NCBI RefSeq assembly: GCF_963676685.1
Contig: NC_092350.1
Span: 25,358,001 to 25,422,000 of the forward strand
Length of the DNA stretch: 64,000 bases
Direction: 5' to 3'
Source of the DNA: Mytilus edulis
Taxonomy: Eukaryota
Below the pieces are notes generated by a model that made no database searches, was not told the origin of the DNA, and saw nothing but the letters and a program-made list of their open reading frames with translations. A program made the translations under genes and the position numbers. The first letter of the stretch is position 1. Every line of letters starts with the position of its first letter. Shown here in pieces: positions 26,133 through 36,797 of this stretch.

Positions 26133-28213
26133 TTTTTATAAAACCGCAAAAATTGAAAAATTTTTGGTCGTATATTGGTATCACGTTGGCGTCGTCGTCT
26201 GCGTCGTCGTCGTCGTCGTCGTCTGCGTCGTCGTCGTCGTCGTCGTCCGAATACTTTTAGTTTTCGCACTCTAACTTTAGTAAAAGTGAATAGAAATCTA
26301 TGAAATTTTAACACAAGGTTTATGACCATAAAAGGAAGGTTGGGATTGACTTTGGGAGTTTTGGTCCCAATGTTTTAGGAATTAGGGGCCAAAAAGGGCC
26401 CAAATAAGCATTTTCTTGGGTTTCGCACTATAACTTTAGTTTAAGTAAATAAAAACCTATGAAATTTTGACACAAGTTTATGACCACAAAAGGAAGGTTA
26501 GGATTGATTTTAGGAGTTTTAGTTCAAACAGTTTAGAAAGTAGGGTCCAAAAAAGGGCCCAAATAAGCATTATTCTTGGTTTTCGCACAATAACTTTAGT
26601 ATAAGTTAATAGAAATCAATGAAATTTTGACACAAGGTGTATGACCACAAAAGGAAGGTTGGGATTGATTTTGAGAGGTGAGGTCTGAACAGTTTAGGAA
26701 TAAGGGGCCAAAAAGGGGCACAAGTAAGCATTATTCTTGGTTTTCGCACCATAACTTTAGTATAAGTAAATAGAAATCTATAAAATTTAAACACAAGGTT
26801 CATGACCACAAAAGGAAGGTTGGTTGTGATTTTGGGAGTTTTGGTCCTAACAGTTTAGGAATAAGGGGCCCAAAGAGTCCAAAATTAAACTTTGTTTGAT
26901 TTCATCAAAAATTGAATAATTGGGGTTCTTTGATATGCCGAATCTAACTGTGTTCTTAATTTTTGGTCTCGTTTTCAAATTGGTCTACATTAAGGTCCAA
27001 AAGGTCCAAAATTAAACTTAGTTTGATTTTAACAAAAATTAAATCCTTGGGGTTCTTTGATATGCTAAATCTGAAAATGTATTTAGATTTTTGATTATTG
27101 GCCCAGTTTTCAAGTTGGTCCAAATCGGGGTCAAAAATTAAACTTTGTTTGATTTCATCAAAAATTGAATAATTGGGGTTCTTTGATATGCCAAATCTAA
27201 CTGTATGTAGATTCTTAATTTTTAGTCCCGTTTTCAAATAGGTCTACATTAAAGTCCAAAGGGTCCAAAATTAAACTAAGTTTGATTTTAACAAAAATTG
27301 AAATCTTGGGCTTTTTTGATATGCTGAATCTAAACATGTACTTAGATTTTTGATTATGGGCCCAGTTTTCAAGTTGGTTCAAATCAGGATCCAGAATTAT
27401 TATATTAAGTATTGTGCAATAGCAAGAAATTTTCAATTGCACAGTATTCAGCAATAGCAAGAAATCTTCAATTGAACAGTATTGTGCAATAGCAAGAAAT
27501 TTTCAATTGCTCAGTATTGCGCAATAGCAAGAAATCTTCAATTGCACAGTATTGTGCAATAGCAAATATTTTCAATTGCACAGTATTGCGCAATAGCAAG
27601 AAATATCTAATTGCACAATATTGTGCAATTGCAAGAAATTTTCAATTGATTGGAGTTATCTTTCTTTGTCCAGAATAGTAGTTGAATCAACTTAAATCAT
27701 TTTTTTTTTACAATATACAATGTATATTCACTTTTACTACCAACTGATAAATTAAAACAATCTTTACGATTCAGTGATAACAAGCACCTTTTGTTACATT
27801 TTAAAATTTTATGATGTCTTTAAATGAGTAGTTATTGTGTTGCAAACTCCATTAGAAATTTGAATTGAGATCAGTTTTGGAAAAAGGGAAAGGGGGATGT
27901 GAAAAAAAATGGGGGGGGGGGGGTTAAATTTTTCTTATTTCAGATTTCATAAATAAAAAGAAAATTTCTTCAAACATCTTTTTGGGAGGATTAATATTCA
28001 ACAGCATAGTGAATTGCTCAAAGGCAAAACAAATATTTTAAGTTCATTAGACCACATTCATTCTGTGTCCGAAACCTATGCTGTGTCAACTATTTAATCA
28101 CAATCCAAATTTAGAGCTGAATCCAGCTTGAATGTTGTGTCCATACTTGCCCCAACCGTTCAGGGTTCAACCTCTGCGGTCGTATAAAGCTGCGCCCTGC
28201 GGATCATCTGGTT
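26133..28213 (+). mobile_element. Non-autonomous Helentron-type (HINE-like) element, copy 2
   Basis: Same termini, (GTC)n tract and internal tandem units as copy 1; also has about 7 copies of a 35-bp unit at 27408-27650. Confidence 0.85.
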
Positions 28214-28255
28214 TACTTTAATTTTAGAAAAAGCCATTTGCCAATTTATTAAATG

Positions 28256-28414
28256 GAATAACCAATAAAAGAATTCAAATATCGAAAAATATTCAACTCG
28301 TGACCGAACAACACTGATTATTAACTTATATGCGCTACGCGCATTCGTTAATAATGTGATGTTCAGTCACTCGTTGAATATTTTTCTCTTTTTGAATTCT
28401 TCGATTAGTTATTC
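28256..28414. mobile_element. Imperfect ~160-bp palindrome (hairpin-type non-autonomous element)
   Basis: Arms gaataaccaat..gaattcaaa..gaaaaatattcaac..gtgac..attattaac and their inverse, centred on gcgc-tac-gcgc. Confidence 0.7.
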
Positions 28415-29149
28415 TATAAATCACAATAAAAACAAAACAAATATTCAACAAAGACGCACAAAAAGGCATATATCAAACTTAACAATCTCATTCATTTCTT
28501 GATTATTTTGGTATTTTATTTATGTATATTGAATCCACTCATAAAGGATTTTTTTATTCTGTTCTCTAACTAACATTTGCCTCAACCATATGTTATGAAA
28601 CTTAACATACACAATACTTATTACCACCAAACTCAGATCAAGTATTAATTTGGGTAGCGTCACTTTTACCGTTCATCAGTTATTTCTTTATAACTTCATA
28701 TGATATGCAAGCAGGGGCATCATCTGTGTCCAATGAACACATTCCCCATTTTCTTTTTTCTATGAAACTTTTGTAGTCATGCATTGCCGTTTACTATAAT
28801 AACATATATAATATATTAAATTAAATTTGAGAGTTTGAATCAAGTCAATGTGAACGAATGTGGCAACTGTACTGTCCATATGTTAATAATAATATCGCAT
28901 GTTTTCATAAATATACACTTGCTGCAGAAATAATCGTACTAAAACTCTATGGATTTTTTTTGGAAAAAAAGTTTGTTTCCAGTTTTTGGAGAAAAAAATT
29001 ATTTGTTTTTGACCCTGAGGAAAAAAAATTGTTTGCTTAACCCTCAGCTGCCACTACATGTAATCCTAAAATTGAAAGAAAAAAATTGTTTGTCCGGGGA
29101 AAAAATCCATAGCCCCCCAGAAAATCAAATGGTTGCTGCCTAATGTTTA

Positions 29150-29400
29150 TTTTCAAAGTCTACATTGTTAAAGTATGAAATATTCGACAAACGAAGGATG
29201 TTCTTATCCCAGACATAGCTTAATATGCTTACCTTAGCTGTATTTGGCACAACATTTTGGAATTTTGGGTCCTCAATAAAGTTTGTACTTGTTTGGCTTT
29301 CTAAGTATTTTGATCTGTGCGTCACTGATGAGTCTTATGCAGACGAAAACGTGCATCTGGCGTATCAAATTATAAGCCTGGTACCTTTGATAACTATTAA
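29150..29400 (+). mobile_element. Single partial retrozyme-like repeat unit
   Basis: Homologous (opposite strand) to the 33523-34492 array: ttaccttagctgtatttggc...gtcctcaat...gcgtcactgatgag...cctggta. Confidence 0.75.
29319..29363 (+). ncRNA. Minimal type-I hammerhead ribozyme motif
   Basis: GCGTCA-CTGATGA-GTCT tatgc AGAC-GAAA-acgtgca-TC-TGGCGT: intact core boxes, stems I and II paired, degenerate stem III. Confidence 0.75.
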
Positions 29401-30109
29401 ATAGTATGTATATAGAGATAACAAAATGTTGAAACAAATATAGTTAATTTTCATTTACAATGTTTTATCCAGTTTTTCGTGGACATAATTAAACAATTGT
29501 TTAACCTATTATTTATTCATATAAAGGAGTGCTAGCTGCGAGATATAAATAGAATTTTTTGGTTCATTCATAAACGAAAGTAATATAGTGAAATAATTAT
29601 TCGCTTTAAGAAGCCAGTTCGGATTAATTGTGTCTAAAAGGCTAAGAAACATACTTAATGCATTATTCACTAGCAAATGAATATTTTGACCTCATTGGAT
29701 GTAGTGACCTTCAATTTAACCTCTTAGTCAAAGATGGACCACGCTTGAACTAGCCGTGTTCAGTTATTAAAAGGAAAAGAATGAATCAAAGGTAAACTAT
29801 TAAAACAGATATTTTTAAATTATGATATGAAATCAAACAGACCTAGAAAAATCCAATATCACGAGTTCGCTATCTAATTATATTTGTATTTTAATTATAT
29901 CAGGTTCTATGACAGTCGGTCTTCGGAAGTAAATGGTTTGTAAACGTATGTGTTAGTAACATATGTAGTTCCGGGATAGTTTAAAAAAGAAACTTATTTG
30001 GAAGACCCCAGTAATAACAATAACGGTACTAGTTTTGCTGCACTGGAGGCGTATTTCATCAATGAATATCCCTTCATTAATGCTGGAGTCCAAAATAGTC
30101 AAAATATAT

Positions 30110-30980
30110 ATGGTTTGCACTTTCAGGTACTTTGATTATTTATAAATCAATGTTATGCTTTGTACTATCAGGTACTTTCATTGATTATAAATCAATGGTA
30201 TGCTTTGCATTATCGAGTACTTTGATTGTTTATAAATCAATGGTATGCTTTGCATTATCGAGTACTTTGATTGTTTATAAATCAATGGTTTGGTTTGCAT
30301 TATCGAGTACTTTGATTGTTTATAAATCAATGGTTTGGTTTGCATTATCGAGTACTTTGATTGTTTATAAATCAATGGTTTGGTTTGCATTATCAAGTAC
30401 TTTGATTGTTTATAAATATCAATGCCATGGTTTCTAGTATCATGTACCTCGTGGGTTTATAAGTCAATGGTATTGTTTGTACTATCTATAATGATTCATT
30501 ATAAAGCAATTGTATGGTTTGTAATATCATGTACCTTGTGGATTTATAAGTCAATGGTATGTTTGCACTTTCAGGTACTATGATTAATTATAAAGCAGTT
30601 GTATTGTTTTAACACTTGTGTTCTATGTGGTTTACACACCAATGGTATGGCTTGAACTATCTTAACGGCCTAGACATTTTTGTTTCAGGTTGTTCCTGTT
30701 TAGGACCGTATAAGATTTGATGGCCAGCAATATGAATAGATTTGGGTGCTATCAGGTACTTTGTTGATTAAACAGTAGTACTGCTTGTGCTATCAGGATC
30801 TTTATCAAGAAATGCAATTGTGTGGTTTGTGGCATAAGGTTCTCTGTTCAAAAATCAATGGTATGCATGGGTTGCACTATCAGGTACTTTGTTTATAAAT
30901 CAATTGTATTGTAAGCACTATCAGGTACTTTGGTTGTTTATTATAAATCAATAGATTATTTGTGTTATAATAGGTACTTG
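30110..30980. repeat. 45-bp tandem repeat upstream of the duplicated Kelch exon (homogeneous in 30127-30415)
   Basis: Unit tactttgattgtttataaatcaatggt(a/t)tg(c/g)tttgcattatcgag; explains the spurious 15-aa-periodic ORFs. Confidence 0.9.
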
Positions 30981-31041
30981 GATTTTATCTATGTAATGAT
31001 CTGTCTTATGACAAACTAAACCTTGGAATTAGTTATTTCGG

Positions 31042-32601
31042 GAAACAAAAACTGGTCGGGTTTGCCTGGATGGTATGCTATTAGATGAAGACAGTTGCTC
31101 AGATTTGTTAAAGTTTATTTATACAGGTGAACCTAAGGTGGTTAAAATGGGTAATGCTGACATCCTACTCCATTTAGCCCACATGATGCAAATAAAGTCT
31201 CTCCATACGATATGTAAGCAGTTTCTAAGTAAACATGCTGACAAGTCTAACTGTGTACATGTCTGGCAGGTTGCACAGAATCATGGCGAAACTGCAGATC
31301 TGGCCGAGATAGCACGATCGTTAATTCTTAAACATTTTGCCGAAATTGCTAACAGTGAAGCCAAACTTGATGAAATAGGTACAGTTGATACTCTTATATC
31401 TATTTTGGAATCTGATAATATCAATGTTGTTGATAGAAGTAGTTTATTTTGCCAAGTCTCATTTTCGTGGATAGTTGCGGATTTCGAAAATCGTATTCAA
31501 TTTTTCTCAGAACTATGCGAGGCTATGATGATAAACAGAGTGTCGGCGAAAGACATATACGAAGAGGCTGTCAAGATTGAAGAATTTTCGACCAATCATG
31601 ATATATTGCGAATGTTAGAAGACTTGAGATCGCGTTACAACTCTAATATGCAAGGTGATGGTGTTTTTGCTACTCCAGCAGACGAGGTATTGGTGGTTAT
31701 TGGAGGCAGTGATGGTGGAAACAACTGCAGTGTAATGGGGTTTAGTTTTCCTCAAAAGATTTGGTTTTCTTTAAAGCCATTGCCATTAGACCCTGGGTTA
31801 AAATTTGCCATGTGTTCAAAAGGTCTAGACATTTATGTATCAGGTGGTTCCGGTCCAGCCCCGAATATGGGAACTGGCGGGAAAACTGTATTTTTTAAAT
31901 TTGACGGCCAGCAGAATGAATGGATTCATCTTCGACATTTACAAATGGAAAGACAGAATCATGTGATGTACGCCTTCAAAGATGTCTACGTATTTGGTGG
32001 GAAGGAGGGACAGGGATGCAGTAATAGTGTTTTGAGGTTCAATATTGCCACAAATACATGGGTAATCAGTAAAACTAGATTGTATGAACCTGTTAGATCA
32101 CCAGCTCACACTTGTGTAGGAAAGAAAGTATATTTATTTGGCGGAATTCTTTCCGAAGGCAATCCTTCCAATACAATTCAATGTTTTAACTGCGAATCAG
32201 AGTAAAGCTACAGAGTTTCGTATAAGTTACCAGATTTTGCACGACTTAATTCCAAAGCGGTCAACTACAAAGAACAGCTGATAGTTATTTGTAACGATGG
32301 AAGACATGGAACGGTATTAAAATGTTCCGAAAAAGACAGCACACGACCAGTATCTAAGATAACTAATTTTGGTAGGAAAGGATTTGGAGCGTGCTGTTTT
32401 GAGGACAAGATCTTGATTTGCGGCGGGGAGGTGTCGTTCATTGCACGAAAGGATATGATGCTGTATGATTTAAAATCTGAAATTGTTATACCAATGCAGG
32501 AAACACTACCAATATCATTATTCCAATTTCGTTACACCAAGACTGTTGTGTTGCGAGATTTTCTAACCACTGAATGTGGAACGAGTTTGGCTACTATTTA
32601 G
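31042..32601 (+). pseudogene. Duplicated BACK-Kelch exon (paralog of 14019-15569), probably pseudogenised
   Basis: Colinear with copy 1; acceptor cag->cgg; CAA->TAA at 32203-32205; frame continues intact to TAG at 32601 with a 9-nt in-frame insertion; no copy of exon 1 seen upstream. Confidence 0.8.
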
Positions 32602-33753
32602 TGAATATACTGGCTGAATTTTAACTGTAACTATAATAATGAAAAACAATTTAGTGCACAAATTGAATTATCAACAAACTGCTGCTTTCTGATATCGAAC
32701 TTTTTATGTATTATCATACACGCTAGATTATCAGTATGCCAAAACAAAAACGCCGTCTTAATATACCACCCAGTTGACAGAACAATGTTAATATGAGTAG
32801 TATATATTTTATTTCATCAATCACACAACAGCACTTGACACTCAATCTCAAATGAATCTTTTATTTCATTATACGTATTAGATGATGTTCTGTTTCAACA
32901 ATGAATTCGATATAACTGTAGAGATTTTAGTGAAGAAAAGTATTAACATGATTGATAGGAAAAACTATACTTGAAAATAAACCAAATATGTATGATGAAA
33001 ATGGTAAAGTGTTACTTTATAAAAACTTAAAACTAAGCCTGGATAGATAGTTTATTTGGCTTATCATGACTGCATAAGAAAATGCTTTACTTATCTGAGA
33101 ATTAGTGATCAATATCTAAAAATTAGAGAAGGATCACTATTAAATAACACATAGAAAGGATAGACATTGCACTTGCTGTGGGATAGAAAACACTTCCTCC
33201 GGGAAATTGTATGTGAAATCAACGAAATTCTTAGTAAAAATCTATTGAAGAATTTAGCCTTTCGATATTAAATATCCATTTATGATATAGCTTTCACTAA
33301 AACAATTATATGTTAGTGCTGATACTTAGTGTGAAAATGTTTGTCTATGACAATAAACTTTTTGAAAGGTTCTGAGACAATCCCTGTTTCCAGAAAACCT
33401 TATCGTCATAGCTTCAACACAATGCTTATACGTATATTTTTTTTGTTACTAATTTCAGTTATTTTAAAATGCACAACACCACTACTACTTAAGCTTGATA
33501 CACAGTCAGAAGATTTCAATATAATTCCTAAAGGTTTTGTCAAATACAGCTAAGGTAATCTATTCCTAAGTATTTCAAAAATGCAAAGTTTTGTAAACAG
33601 TTTATTTATTAATTTGATAATTGATGTCAACACAGAAGTGCTGACTTCTGGGCTGGCGAAACCTTCGGGGAATAAAAACTCCACCAGCAGTAGCATCGAC
33701 CTAGTGGTTGTAAATAAACTCATCATACTTACCAGGATTGAAATTTTGTATTT

Positions 33754-33797
33754 GCGCCAGATGCGCGTTTCGTCTACAAAAGATTCATCAGTGACGC
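33754..33797 (-). ncRNA. Minimal type-I hammerhead ribozyme motif
   Basis: GCGTCA-CTGATGA-aTCT tttgt AGAc-GAAA-cgcgca-TC-TGGCGC; 6-bp stem I, intact core, one mismatch each in stem II and in the near-palindromic stem III. Confidence 0.75.
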
Positions 33798-34119
33798 TCG
33801 AATAAAAATAAGTTAAAAAGGACAAATAAGGTACGAAGTTAAAGCGCATTGAGGACCAAACATTTGTAAAATATTTGCCAAATATAGCTACGGTAATCTA
33901 TTCCTGAGGTAGAAAAGCCTAAGAATTTTAAAAATTCAAAGTTTTGTAAACGGTTAATTTTATAATTATGACAGTATCAATAATAATTCATGTCAACACA
34001 AAAGTGCTGACGACTGGGATGGTGATTCCCTCGGGGAATAAAAACTCCACCAGCAGTAGAATCGACCCAGTTGTTGTAAATAAACTCATCATAAATACCA
34101 GGATTGAAATTTTGTATAT

Positions 34120-34163
34120 GCGCCATACGCGGATTTTGTCTACAAAAGACTCACCAGTGACGC
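34120..34163 (-). ncRNA. Degenerate hammerhead motif (core mutated)
   Basis: GCGTCA-CTGGTGA-GTCT tttgt AGAC-AAAA-tccgcg-TA-TGGCGC. Confidence 0.55.
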
Positions 34164-35077
34164 TCGAATAAAAAAGTAAATAGGCCAAATAAAATACAAA
34201 GTTGAAGAGCATTGAGGACCAAAAATTCTTAAATGTTTGCCAAATACAGCTAAGGTAATCTATTCCTGAGGTAGAAACGACTTAGTTTTTAAACAATTCC
34301 GAGTTTTGCAAACGGTTGATTTATAATTATGACAATATCAATGAGAATAAATGTCAACACAGAAGTGCTGACTACTGGGCTGGTGACTTCTCGGGGAATA
34401 AAAACTCCACCAGCAGTTGTATCGACCCAGTGGTTTTAAATAAACTCATCATAGATACCAGGATCGAAATTTTGTATTTGCGCCAGGCGCGTTGCAATCA
34501 GCAAGAATTGGAATAACTCGATATCAGTTGTATCACAGTGGGTTTGTTTTGACACTTAATATCCACTACATGCAGTGTCATTTCTATAACAGCTCAATAT
34601 ATTGAATTTGATGTTAAGTTCATTGATAGTCACAATTGTCTGTACTAGTTGCTATATATAATCTGACTCCGATATTAAAATTGCAAAACAGTTGCTATTT
34701 CCAATAAGTTGATAGTTATCATAAGTCACAAACTAGAAATCATCTCGTGCTATCATCCCTTACATAATGTGTCTGATAAAAGGACTTAATCGTAACATTG
34801 GGACATGTAACGGATGTGACATCCGAAGAAGGGTATGCATATATCGTTGTGCTGGGAACCTTCTGCCATTCCGACTTTTGACGATTGTATGTTTTTCAAA
34901 AATCCTAAATCAATAACAACTATACAAGAAAGACAGCTAGGAAACACAAAGAGGGCATTCAAAAGTTATTAGTCCAATAAACATGACCTAAACGTCTGAC
35001 GACAAAAAAGACAAACAACAGTCTGACATCAAAGTGTTTCACCTATAATATATGCCTTTTCTGGTTGATCTGATGTA

Positions 35078-35223
35078 CAGAGGCGGATTTAGGGGGACAG
35101 GGGGAAAATAATTGGTTGCTTATATAGGGAATCACTGATGCGTGACTGGAGCGCGCGCCCCCCCCCCCACCTTTAGGTCAGTCAGTGGGCCCCCTCTTGT
35201 GAAAATTTCTGGATCCGCCACTG
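35078..35223. mobile_element. Short GC-rich MITE family (cagNggcggat...atccgcc ends); relatives at 36063-36235 and about 63200-63340
   Basis: cagaggcggattt ... ggatccgccactg terminal inverted repeats. Confidence 0.65.
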
Positions 35224-36662
35224 ATGTATACAGATGTGCAGCTCTTCTTCGTGTTCTTATTTCAATTGATATTCGGCAATACATAAAATTTAGCTTACTT
35301 GAAAACGAAACTGAAACTAGAAAACTGCATTCTCTTTACTGACATATATCTCGGCTTGTATGGGGTATTACCCACTTCTTTCCTGAAAATTAAGTTACAG
35401 CAGAGATATGCAACTGTAAAATGTATTATTATTATATAGATTTTATTATTTTTATCATTATTTTATTACCACCATCAAGTTTCAAGTTTATTGAAGATTA
35501 TGCCTTATATCTAACGTGGATAAATTGTAATCGGTTAAATACTTTTTGTAATCTAAATATAGAACAACGTATATCAATATGCACAACGGAAATCACCTAA
35601 ATTATCCCATGTGGCATGTGTTGGAATGAATGACATTTAAAAGCATACAAAAAAGGTAAATGCCTATTGATTCCTTATTTCATTATCAGTGTCTTCTTAC
35701 TTGTCATATCTTGTAGATCTATTGCATGACACTCATTATGACTACTGTCAAACTTAAAACAATCTGTCAGGTTATTTACTGATTACTAATGTAAAGTATA
35801 CGGTACAATGCGTACATTCGAGAGACAGAAAATTCTCCATGCATCTTGCACGTACCCCACCCCCGGAAAAAGGCACATAGTTATGTTTGTTTCAATAAAT
35901 ATTATGATGATACCTCGGACTCCAAGACATAGAAATATTTCTAAACTTCGGAGATTGGAAGTAACTCAAGTGTATTATTTTCAATGGCGCCCTTCATCCT
36001 TTTCCTTCTCACCCGTTTTCCCACTGGTCAAACTATCCGACGAATGAATTGATCGATATTGACAGTGGCGGATCCAGAACTTATCATAAAGAGGGGGCGC
36101 TGGCTGACCTAAAAGGGGGTTCCTGCCTCCAGTCATACTTCACTGAGTGATTCCCTATATATAAAATAAACCAAAATTTTCAAACGAAAGGAGGGACCGT
36201 GCCCCCAGCCCCCCCCCCCCCTTGATCCGCCTATGCCGAGAAAAGAAAGGCAAGGCAAGGACTTGTTGTTTTGGGAGATTTATAAACTTAAATAAAGATA
36301 TAATTTCAATGTTATTATTTTGTTATAATTTTAGCTCAGCCTGCTCGAAAGAAGAGTAATAACATGAACGGTACATATCTAACTGCATATATATTTAGAC
36401 GAATTATATATACAGAATGTGTATCAACACCACTGTCTCATCTGTCATAGAGTTGTCTTTGGTTCAGACGTGCTTATGATATAATTATTTCTGTGACTGG
36501 ATCCTACATTAAGTTGTAAGATACTCTACGATAGTTAATTGAGCTGATCTGTAAAAATTCCATCTTGAATTTCATGCCTTATATATCATGTACTGTGTTA
36601 CGACGCTAGATAAAAACTGACGAGGAAAGGTAACACCCGGCTACCGAAAGCTTTATAATTGT

Positions 36663-36797
36663 AGAGCATAGGTGGTTGAGTGGTCTAGCGCGTCGGGCAC
36701 AGTGGTGCCATGATATCTCAGTATCATGAGTTCGAATCTCGCCAGGGAAGAACAAAAAATTTGAGTTCTTCCCTTGTTGAGATTCGAACTCATGATA
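36663..36797 (+). mobile_element. tRNA-derived SINE head with an inverted duplication of the B-box region
   Basis: A-box-like tggttgagtgg and B-box-like gagttcgaatc; tatcatgagttcgaatctc..agggaagaac is mirrored by gttcttccct..gagattcgaactcatgata. Confidence 0.55.

Larger units (their letters stand above)
33523..34492 (-). mobile_element. Tandem array (about 2.7 units of ~360 nt) of a hammerhead-containing retrozyme-like repeat
   Basis: Anchor accaggat(t/c)gaaattttgta at 33731, 34097 and 34457; each unit carries a hammerhead motif or remnant on the minus strand. Confidence 0.85.

Noticed and set aside
26003-26329. Poly-arginine / poly-valine ORFs (also 18444-18749)
   Set aside because: Translation of the (GTC)n microsatellite in the HINE-like element
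30132-30437. ORFs with 15-aa periodicity
   Set aside because: Translation of the 45-bp intronic tandem repeat
33550-34516. Repeated 66-99-aa ORFs on both strands
   Set aside because: Frames and ends are not conserved between units; the conserved feature is the RNA motif
36663-36745. tRNA gene
   Set aside because: A/B boxes present but no cloverleaf or acceptor stem; SINE-like
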